A stretch of DNA of 64,000 nt from Minisyncoccota bacterium. GTDB lineage: Bacteria > Patescibacteriota > Minisyncoccia > Phycocordibacterales > JBAYGS01. Position numbers and translations under genes: made by a program. Of the stretch, positions 56,530 to 64,000 are shown one piece after another (the first letter of the stretch is position 1; every line of letters begins with the position of its first letter). The notes beneath the pieces are model-generated. The model was not told where the DNA came from, did not search any database, and saw only the letters and a program-made list of their open reading frames with translations. The stretch is from contig JBAYGS010000005.1 in NCBI GenBank assembly GCA_041666545.1, positions 18,842 to 82,841 on the forward strand, written 5' to 3'.

Positions 56530-57302
56530 TTGAATGAATCAGCAATTTTAATCAAAGCGCCAAAAGTTTCCGGATTCAAACTGGCTTTGCCGACCAGAAG
56601 ACCGTCAGCCTCCCCACCCCTAAGCAGGGCCCCGACATTTTCTTCACTAACTGAACCGCCATAAACCACCCGAAGTGACATCGCGGTTTCTCGATCATAA
56701 AGATCAGCGACAACTTTGCGCACAAAAATTATAGCTTCGTGAAGGTCACTTGGGTTAATCGAGCCTTTTTGAAAAGTGCTAATCGCCCAAACCGGTTCAT
56801 AAGCAATTATCAGATTGACCAGCCCTGACTTTTTGACTCCGACAAGCGCCGATTTAATTTGATCTTTGAGAAAATCTAGATAATTAATCTGCGAATCACG
56901 CTCACTCTCACCAACACAAAGTATCGGAATCAAACCGGCCTTAAGAGAGGAGAGAATCTTTTTATTGACCATCACATCAGTCTCACCAAAGCTGCGTCTT
57001 TCTGAATGGCCAACAATCACATATTGGGCTCCCACGGCCTTAACCATCGGAGCACTCACTTGGCCGGTAAACGCCTGACCTGTTGTCTCCCAGAAGACAT
57101 CTTGAGCCCCGATTGAAAATCGGCGACCCGAGACTTTGCTGGCAAAATTTTCGAGATATAGGTAGGACGGACAAATGACAGCCTCGACTCTTTTGGTCCT
57201 AGCCATTTTCCGTTTGATAATTCCAAAAATTTCATGGGCAATTTCCGGAGTCTCGGGAGCCATTTTCCAGTTGGCAATCAAAATCTTGTTGTTTTTCTTC
57301 AT
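56526..57302 (-). CDS. tpiA: Triosephosphate isomerase
   Basis: ANWKM, GHSERR, AYEPVWAI, YGGSV, LVG.ASL. Confidence 0.97.
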   Translation of the reverse strand: MKKNNKILIANWKMAPETPEIAHEIFGIIKRKMARTKRVEAVICPSYLYLENFASKVSGRRFSIGAQDVFWETTGQAFTGQVSAPMVKAVGAQYVIVGHSERRSFGETDVMVNKKILSSLKAGLIPILCVGESERDSQINYLDFLKDQIKSALVGVKKSGLVNLIIAYEPVWAISTFQKGSINPSDLHEAIIFVRKVVADLYDRETAMSLRVVYGGSVSEENVGALLRGGEADGLLVGKASLNPETFGALIKIADSFK

Positions 57303-57357
57303 TTATCAATTATAGCAGAACCTGAAACTTGGAGCATGAAACTTGAAACAGTAAAAC

Positions 57358-57580
57358 AAAAAAGGACCCAGTAAAGGGTCCTGAAAGAAAAGGAGGATAT
57401 TGCTCACCCGAAGGTGATCGGCGCGAGCACAAAGTGCTTTGGCGCTATAAGAACGATTTTTTAGGCAATATCCGCCGGTCTAAGGTTATGGTTGCCTTCA
57501 GTGGGCAGCCTACTCGCCAATCAGATTTCCGCGGATTGACACACGGCGGACTAAAATCCGAAGGCCTTGGCTGCTCCACT
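57358..57580 (-). ncRNA. Unassigned structured RNA (about 200 nt) with own promoter and terminator
   Basis: TTGTCT-N16-TAAAAT upstream; two multibranch domains, cUUCGg loop; terminator AGGACCC-TTTACT-GGGTCCT-TTTTT. Confidence 0.6.
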
Positions 57581-57639
57581 TACAATTTTACTCCCAAAAA
57601 CAAAAAAGACAAGTGCTTAAAACGGGTCGGAAGAGAGAT

Positions 57640-58971
57640 CTAGTGCTCACGACTTTCTCGCCAGCGTTTGATTTTCCATTGGCCACCCGGACCGGCAGTA
57701 AATAGAGGCTGGGCCAGTCCAATGTTATAAAGAACCTCGGTGTTATTAAACAGAGATAGTTTGTAGCCCGTAACCTCACGCAGAACAACATTGTTATAAA
57801 GCCGAATTTCTCCGTGAGGAGCGTAGAGCAAGAGGTTACCGGCAGTGTTGCTCCCGGCAATAATCGCTATCGCCCCGCTCCCCGATTCAGCACCGGTATT
57901 ACGAGAAACCAGCATTACATAAGAATCTGGATTAGCAACACCATTTGTCTCAGAACCATAGAAGAGCGGGCTGTTTTCCAAGAGAATCCGCCCTTTAGTG
58001 GTAGGACTAGACGCGGAGTGGGCCAGAATTGCAACACTCTTGTTTCCCACACTATCATCGACTTTAAATTTAGGACCATTTTTAATGGTGAGATTGCCAT
58101 TAATCCAAACTGAACCCTTAAGTGTGATTATCGTATTATTGCCACTAATTTCAACATTACAATTTATTTTCTGCGCATTCCAAGTGACGCTCGAGCCAAT
58201 ATATTTAGTCGCGCCGGAACAACTGGTAAGGCCATTCGCAAGTGCATCACTTTCCCACTGGTCAAGAAGCGAGTCGGCAATCGGCATATCAACAGGAAGC
58301 TGGTCGGTGCTACTTGGATACAGAGTGCCGTTTACAGTTGTGCCGGAGATACTGGTGTAATAGGCATCTCTGTCGACAACAGAATTAGAAATGCTGTGCG
58401 CGTAAGCACTTGAGGTGGCATGAACATTAGTGATACTACCTGAGCTTCCTGCCGATACCACATCCCCATAAATCATATTGGTCGACTGGCCCGAGACGGG
58501 ACCATTGGAATAGACATTGCCTCTGATTAGGGCACCCTCACCGTTCAGAAAGAGACCACCTAGCCCGACCTGTACTGCAAAATTGAAAGCAAATCCATCA
58601 GTTACAGTGATGTCCTTATCCACTGTCCTAAAAATATTATTGTTGTAGGCTGTTGAAAGAATTTGCTTTTCGTTGCTACCTGTCACAGTCAGAGTCGAGC
58701 TCGCGGTTGAGCCATCAAGAGTGAGTAATTCGGGGAAATTGGTTGTCTGATTATTCCTGATTCGATAATAGACATCTTCGCTCCCGGATTCAGCCGCAAA
58801 ATAGCTTTGCTTTGAGGTTTGCAAATCCTGTCCGATACTAAATTGTTTGAGTACCGGATTAACCATCCCGTAAACAACCGTCGTGGTGACGATAGTAAAC
58901 AAGAGCGAGATTAGGATAACGGTCTGACCGCCTTCCCGACTTTTTGATCTTTTAGTGCTTAAGAAAGTCAT
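57640..58971 (-). CDS. PilX-like minor pilin / pilus assembly protein
   Basis: GGQTVILISLL TM, SYFAAESG.ED motif, beta-rich body, W.E end. Confidence 0.75.
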   Translation of the reverse strand: MTFLSTKRSKSREGGQTVILISLLFTIVTTTVVYGMVNPVLKQFSIGQDLQTSKQSYFAAESGSEDVYYRIRNNQTTNFPELLTLDGSTASSTLTVTGSNEKQILSTAYNNNIFRTVDKDITVTDGFAFNFAVQVGLGGLFLNGEGALIRGNVYSNGPVSGQSTNMIYGDVVSAGSSGSITNVHATSSAYAHSISNSVVDRDAYYTSISGTTVNGTLYPSSTDQLPVDMPIADSLLDQWESDALANGLTSCSGATKYIGSSVTWNAQKINCNVEISGNNTIITLKGSVWINGNLTIKNGPKFKVDDSVGNKSVAILAHSASSPTTKGRILLENSPLFYGSETNGVANPDSYVMLVSRNTGAESGSGAIAIIAGSNTAGNLLLYAPHGEIRLYNNVVLREVTGYKLSLFNNTEVLYNIGLAQPLFTAGPGGQWKIKRWRESREH

Positions 58972-58988
58972 TCAATTTAAATAATTAG

Positions 58989-59537
58989 TCACTGAAGCGG
59001 GTAGGAACCGCGCATTACAACTGTCGAATAAAATGATTTGGAGCGATAATCCGAACCACTGCCACTCTCCGTGGCAAGCTCAATTTTAACAGCCTTAGAT
59101 TTGGTCGCGGTAATCGAGCGAAAAACCAAATTAGTGACTCTCACGGCCGATGAAGTTAGCGGGCCCTGATCTACCCCGTTCTCACTAACATGTAAAACTT
59201 GGCCGGAAAGAAAAAATTTAACGGTAAGCGCCGTGCCGGCATCATCAGTGGTGTTGAGAAACAGGATACCAGGAGACGAACCCAGAGTGCTTTGCGCCGT
59301 GTCAACACTCGTCGCACCCCTGATCTCCCGCGTCAGACGCTCTAGGGCGGTTTCAGCCGACAATTCTACATTTTGAGCCGAATGCATAGAACGATAAGAC
59401 TTCGAGAAGGACTGGACTGCGTTCACAATCAAAATCAAAAACATCGTCATCACTGCCACATAAATGAGAATCTCAACAAGAGAGATTCCCCACTCATTTG
59501 CCACTCCGCCCTTTTTAGATACTCGAGCAAAAATCAT
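58989..59537 (-). CDS. Type IV minor pilin (PilW-like)
   Basis: GISLVEILIY prepilin motif, LERLTREIR. Confidence 0.85.
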   Translation of the reverse strand: MIFARVSKKGGVANEWGISLVEILIYVAVMTMFLILIVNAVQSFSKSYRSMHSAQNVELSAETALERLTREIRGATSVDTAQSTLGSSPGILFLNTTDDAGTALTVKFFLSGQVLHVSENGVDQGPLTSSAVRVTNLVFRSITATKSKAVKIELATESGSGSDYRSKSFYSTVVMRGSYPLQ

Positions 59538-59540
59538 AAG

Positions 59541-60050
59541 CTAGTTATTAAAGATGTTAGCGAGAATTGTGGAGATCGACTTTGTAGTGGTCGCCCCGGC
59601 TGAAAGCCAAGAAACCTCGACGGTTATTTTTTTGGCGTTAGTATCTAAGGTGCCACCGCTCCAGACAATCTTCTTGCTACCATCCCGATAAATTGAAGAC
59701 AGGGTCACTTTGCGCTCAAAAATTCCGTCAACATACTGATTGACCGAGGTAGCCTGCCAGGTCGTACCATTAAAAGACAGGTAAAAAGGTGAGGCTTGGG
59801 AAGCGATATTTGCCGCCCAACCATTATCACGCAAAATTCTGACAGCCTCCACGCCCTCTTCGGCCAAGTAAGCCGCTTGAATTTTCGCCGTATTCGCCGA
59901 AGCAATTTTGATCGCCAAAGTCAGAGCCCCGACTGAACCCAACAAAACTGTCGCCAGAATCGCTGTCGCAATCACAATTTCCAAAAGAGAAAAGCCTCGA
60001 GACTTTTTAAGTGTCGCCGCCCTTTTTTTGTTTAATAAATCAAACATCAA
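59541..60050 (-). CDS. Type IV minor pilin (PilV-like)
   Basis: RGFSLLEIVIA, A.YLAEEGVEAVR. Confidence 0.88.
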   Translation of the reverse strand: MMFDLLNKKRAATLKKSRGFSLLEIVIATAILATVLLGSVGALTLAIKIASANTAKIQAAYLAEEGVEAVRILRDNGWAANIASQASPFYLSFNGTTWQATSVNQYVDGIFERKVTLSSIYRDGSKKIVWSGGTLDTNAKKITVEVSWLSAGATTTKSISTILANIFNN

Positions 60051-60077
60051 TGACTACATTATACAACCAAAACCAAA

Positions 60078-60605
60078 CTATTCAGTTAGACCTGTTTGAT
60101 GGATGGTTATTGTTTTAGAATCGGAGGGATCGGTATTAAGTGAGAGTGTGACAGTACCATTCTGTAAGGTGTCCCCGGTCAACCAATCAAACAAAACCTC
60201 CGAACCGCCGCCGGTTAAACTAACGGCACTAATCCCAACTGGCGAACCGATGGCTGTCACAACATTGGAAGCATCAGAAGCGGAGTAAGTTGACCCCTTG
60301 AAGAGCGTGACTGAATCAGCTTCAAAGTGGACACCATACTGACTCGCCCCTTTAGACCCTAAAGTCATTGCTCTGGCCTGGTTCAAAAGTAAAATAACTG
60401 AATTGGTGTCTTTTTCCAAAGCCTGATCACGGTTGAGCGTGACAAACGCACCGTAAGCAAAGGCCGAGAGAATAATTATTATTGAAATAATAACCATTGT
60501 CTCAATAAAGGAAAACCCTCGAGAACGAGAACCTGAAGCCTGAAACTTGAAGCTTGAAACAGCCTGATAAAATTTTACTTTCTTCCTGGGTGTTTCATGT
60601 TTCAT
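60078..60605 (-). CDS. Type IV minor pilin (FimT/GspH-like)
   Basis: RGFSFIETMVII, L.QAR..T, YGVHF. Confidence 0.85.
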   Translation of the reverse strand: MKHETPRKKVKFYQAVSSFKFQASGSRSRGFSFIETMVIISIIIILSAFAYGAFVTLNRDQALEKDTNSVILLLNQARAMTLGSKGASQYGVHFEADSVTLFKGSTYSASDASNVVTAIGSPVGISAVSLTGGGSEVLFDWLTGDTLQNGTVTLSLNTDPSDSKTITIHQTGLTE

Positions 60606-60620
60606 ACTTCACACTTCAGG

Positions 60621-61835
60621 TTAAATTGTATTTACGAGCGAGTACATTGGCGAAATCATCGAGATTGCAAAAAAGCCGACCGCAGCGCCAATGACCACCA
60701 TCAAAAACGGCTCAATGATTGTGGACATATCCTTGGTGCGCTGTTCCACCTCGGCTTCATAATAAGTGGCTAGCTCCAAAAGCATCGGTGCCAATTGACC
60801 GGTTTCTTCACCAACACTCGTCATCTCTGCCACGAAGGTTGGGTAAAGCTTTTCATTTTCGGCAAAAACTGAAGAAATTGTGATACCTTTTTGGATTGCC
60901 TCCTCCGCGTGCTTGAGAACATCGTGGTAGTAAGAATTTTGAGTCACCTCAGCCGTAATGCCCAAAGCCTCAACCACCGAAACACCTGCCGAAAGCAGTG
61001 ACGAGAGGGTTCTTGCGGTCCGGGCCGAGTTGGTTTCTTTGGTGATACTTCCAATAACCGGCAATTTCAAAATGGTCCAATCAAAACCGCGTTTACCAGG
61101 CTTGGTTTTTAGTAAAGTGATGAAACCGACAATGACCGCAATAACGATTACCAGACCTAAGATAGTGTGGTTAATAATAAAATTACTGATATTTAGAATA
61201 AACTGGGTACTGGCCGGCAAAGCCACTTTCAATTCTTTAAAGGTGCCTGTTAAAGTTGGCACCACATAAATCATCATCAGAACACCGATAACCAACATGA
61301 CAGAAAGAATAATTCCAGGATACATCATCGCCCCACGAATCTTCTTTTTGAGCAGATAGGATTGCTCCATCTGCCTCGAAACAACCTTTAAAGAATCGGA
61401 GAGGCTACCGCTTGATTCGCCGGCCCGAACCATTGAAACAAAAAGTGAGGAAAATACTTTTGGGTGTACGGAAAGTGCTTGAGCTAAGGACTGACCGCGA
61501 CCAATTTCGCCTAAAATCGATGTAATGACGGATTGAAAAGCCTTATTTTTGGTCTGCTTCAAAATCACATTGAGCGCCCGAGTAAGCGACAAACCTGAAG
61601 AAATCATTGAACCCAAATTGCGAGCAAAAAGAATCTGCTCATGCGTCCCGACTCGGCCAAACAACTGGTCAAAGGAAAAACGATTACCGGCCTTGCTTTT
61701 AACCTCGTGGATTGAGAGGATCATCTCGCCCCGTCTTTTAAGATCATTATACAGAGCAAAGCGATCTGAAAATTCGGCTGAACTTTCATAAATCTCCCCT
61801 TCGGCTTTTTGTGCTTTGTAGTTAAAAACGGGCAT
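60621..61835 (-). CDS. pilC: Type IV pilus inner-membrane platform protein
   Basis: F.R.L..M..SG, MVRAGE.SG.L, GAMMYP, VGEETG.L, IEP. Confidence 0.93.
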   Translation of the reverse strand: MPVFNYKAQKAEGEIYESSAEFSDRFALYNDLKRRGEMILSIHEVKSKAGNRFSFDQLFGRVGTHEQILFARNLGSMISSGLSLTRALNVILKQTKNKAFQSVITSILGEIGRGQSLAQALSVHPKVFSSLFVSMVRAGESSGSLSDSLKVVSRQMEQSYLLKKKIRGAMMYPGIILSVMLVIGVLMMIYVVPTLTGTFKELKVALPASTQFILNISNFIINHTILGLVIVIAVIVGFITLLKTKPGKRGFDWTILKLPVIGSITKETNSARTARTLSSLLSAGVSVVEALGITAEVTQNSYYHDVLKHAEEAIQKGITISSVFAENEKLYPTFVAEMTSVGEETGQLAPMLLELATYYEAEVEQRTKDMSTIIEPFLMVVIGAAVGFFAISMISPMYSLVNTI

Positions 61836-61840
61836 AAGCA

Positions 61841-62283
61841 AATTAAAATTGAAATCTAAAAATGGAAAAAGACATATAAAAAGTAAAAAATTACCGTTTA
61901 TGTTTTAGTGTTAAGATACTTGAAGCGATAATATTTGAAATCTCCCCCAAGTTCCTTTAGTAACCATTGTAGCTCATTTTTGGGACCTTTGTCAGTATCT
62001 CTTAACAAAGTCAGCCAGACTTTCGACTCATTCGCAGATTTTAGAGAGTGGGTAAAAAAATTAATGAAATCTTTCCTCGATGATGCGGAGTCAGCCTCCA
62101 CATAATTAGCGAGAACACTGGTACCACTCCTCAAGAGCTGCTTCCCCATGACTGAACCGACCTGGTCCTTTGGCAATCTATCAATAAATTTGACCAAACT
62201 TAAAACCCAAAAATATAGTCTTTTCTTAAATTCATTTTTAAATTTTGCCTTGACATTTTCCATTTTTAGATTTCCATTTTACA
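61841..62283 (-). mobile_element. Inverted-arm element carrying a four-helix-bundle gene, between pilB and pilC
   Basis: Imperfect AAAATG-heptamer inverted arms 61841-61892 and 62241-62283; the arm starts at the base after pilB stop and supplies the ATG. Confidence 0.6.
61891..62263 (-). pseudogene. Four-helix-bundle (23S rRNA IVP / Avd-like) protein with probable frameshift near the C-terminus
   Basis: QLLRSGTSV.ANY.EA..A.SRKDF..F...LKSANES..WL; G5 run 61944-61948, removing one G gives ELGEISNIIASSILTLKHKR-stop(61891). Confidence 0.75.
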
Positions 62284-63999
62284 TTATTCCGAGACCACTC
62301 GGAGTACTTCCTCAATCGTCGTCATACCTTGCACGGCTTTGAAAATTCCGTCTTCAAGCATAGTGAGCATCCCCTCTTTACGCGCTTGTGATTCGATTTG
62401 CGCCGAAGTTGCGCCTTTCATAACCAACTCTTTAATTGTCGCCGTCATTTTTAAAACCTCATGAATGCCAACTCGTCCGGAAAAACCGTCGGGACATTCG
62501 GAAGTTTTCTTTGGCCGATAAAACGGCACTTTATCCCAAGTATCGTCTTTGTGAATCACATTTTCTTTTTTGAGTTCAGACAAAAGCCGGTCCATATCGA
62601 TGTTTTTATCAAGCTGTTCAAGCTCGGCTTTGCTCAAAAAGTACCTCTCTTTGTCTTGGCAAAGTCTCCGAACCAGACGCTGGCCAATGACCACATTTAG
62701 AGTCGACACCAAGAGAAACGGCTCGGCGTGCATATCCAGAAGCCGAGGCATCGCGCCGGCTGCCGAGTTGGTGTGCAAGGTTGAAAGCACCAAGTGGCCG
62801 GTAAGTGCCGCGTTAATCGCCAAAGCAGCCGTTTCGTTGTCACGGATTTCACCAACCATAATGATGTCCGGGTCTTGACGAACCAGGGTTCGCAAACCGG
62901 AGGCAAACGAGAAGCCGATTTCTGGCTTAACCTGGGTCTGATTGACCCTAGACATTTGATATTCGATTGGATCCTCGATGGTTGAAATATTCACATCTGG
63001 AGTATTCAAGATTTCCAGCATTGTATACAAGGTGGTTGATTTACCGGAACCGGTTGGGCCGGTCGTAAGCAACATTCCAGTCTTTTGTTTCAAGCCTTCG
63101 TGCACCCGCTCAAGTGACTCGCCATGAAAGCCCATACCTTCCAAGGTAAAACCGGAAACATTTTCTCGCAACAAGCGCATCACAGTTTTTTCACCGTAAT
63201 AAACCGGCAAAATTGAGACACGGAAAGAAACTTTTTCGTTGTTAAGTTCGATTTTAAACCGGCCGTCCTGTGGTAAGCGCTTTTCATCGAGTTTCAGGCT
63301 TGATAAAACTTTGATACGGGCAGTGATACTGGACTCGACATTTTTCGGCAACACCATGGCATCGTGCAAAATACCGTCGATTCGATAACGAACCAGGAGT
63401 TCACTCTCCATCGGCTCAATATGGATATCGGAAGAACCCTGGAGAATGGCATGCTTTAACAGAGTGTCGACAATTCGGACCACCGGCAAATCTTCAGCCA
63501 GTTTTTTGAGATCTTTTTCTGAAGTCTCGCTCACCTCCCCGACCCCGGAAACCATTTTCAGAGTTTGTGCCTCTTTTTGAATGATGTCGCCAAATTCGGC
63601 TTTCAAACTTTTTTGGTACTGAAGCAGAGTGCTTTTAATCGATTCGGTATCGGTCAGTCGAGGCAGAATTTTGAGGCCAACTTTTTTCTTAATGAAGTCG
63701 ATAGCGTTTAAGTCATCGGTATCAAGCATTGCCACCTCGAGGGAGTCGGCGCTCTTTTTGAAAGCCACAATATTATGAGTCCGTGCCACCGGTTCAGGGA
63801 TGGTCGAGAGGATACTGAAATCGATTCTCTGACTCTTGAGGTCAACAAAGGGGATGCCCAAAACATAGGCCTGCATTCGACGCAAATCATCTTCAGTAAT
63901 CTTGCCCTTATTCACCAGAAGTTCGGTGACTTTGACTTTCTTTTTCTTAGCTTCTTCAATCGCCTCTTCAAATTCGGCCTTGGAAACCAGGCCGGAGTC
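62284..63999 (-). CDS. pilB: Type IV pilus assembly ATPase (GspE/PulE family), 5' end beyond window
   Basis: SDIHIEP, RLPQDGRF, GPTGSGKSTTLY, IEDPIEY, RQDPD.IMVGEIRD, TGHLV.STLHTN; frame open to window edge. Confidence 0.95.
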   Translation of the reverse strand, partial: DSGLVSKAEFEEAIEEAKKKKVKVTELLVNKGKITEDDLRRMQAYVLGIPFVDLKSQRIDFSILSTIPEPVARTHNIVAFKKSADSLEVAMLDTDDLNAIDFIKKKVGLKILPRLTDTESIKSTLLQYQKSLKAEFGDIIQKEAQTLKMVSGVGEVSETSEKDLKKLAEDLPVVRIVDTLLKHAILQGSSDIHIEPMESELLVRYRIDGILHDAMVLPKNVESSITARIKVLSSLKLDEKRLPQDGRFKIELNNEKVSFRVSILPVYYGEKTVMRLLRENVSGFTLEGMGFHGESLERVHEGLKQKTGMLLTTGPTGSGKSTTLYTMLEILNTPDVNISTIEDPIEYQMSRVNQTQVKPEIGFSFASGLRTLVRQDPDIIMVGEIRDNETAALAINAALTGHLVLSTLHTNSAAGAMPRLLDMHAEPFLLVSTLNVVIGQRLVRRLCQDKERYFLSKAELEQLDKNIDMDRLLSELKKENVIHKDDTWDKVPFYRPKKTSECPDGFSGRVGIHEVLKMTATIKELVMKGATSAQIESQARKEGMLTMLEDGIFKAVQGMTTIEEVLRVVSE

Positions 64000-64000
64000 G

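Noticed and set aside
57434-57643. 69-aa plus-strand ORF
   Set aside because: No RBS or recognisable motif; better explained as the antisense of the structured RNA
2012-63890. Numerous antisense or nested ORFs in the six-frame track (for example 3305-3919, 5065-5586, 31062-31733, 35972-36502)
   Set aside because: They overlap better-supported genes and lack promoter, RBS or motif support

Overview
64 kb of a Patescibacteria (CPR, Parcubacteria-like) chromosome. The assignment is inferred from: rpmD/L30 absent between rpsE and rplO, a stand-alone VirD4/TraG-like ATPase, split ComEC, a type IV pilus cluster, and TGA used as stop. Left end: the edge of an island integrated at the tmRNA (ssrA) 3' end, with a CD-NTase/SMODS-like nucleotidyltransferase running off the window, an excisionase-type HTH gene and an N-terminally deleted large serine recombinase. 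Then ssrA-smpB, infC-rpmI-rplT, ndk, the str-S10-spc ribosomal cluster (minus strand, rpsL to map), surface proteins, comEC, rnhA, recJ, pgk-tpiA and pil genes. Non-coding layer: (i) several families of degenerate 7-9-mer arms, often as inverted pairs placed right after stop codons; one pair encloses a four-helix-bundle gene and gene-less copies of the same pair lie in the ribosomal operon; (ii) three dispersed repeat/MITE families, one copy in-frame inside recJ; (iii) about 17 orphan genes built as promoter-GAAAGG-ORF-terminator modules, while many housekeeping genes look leaderless; (iv) two adjacent 6S-like RNAs and an unassigned, highly structured RNA with its own promoter and terminator. 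All calls are by eye; no database searches or folding programs were run.
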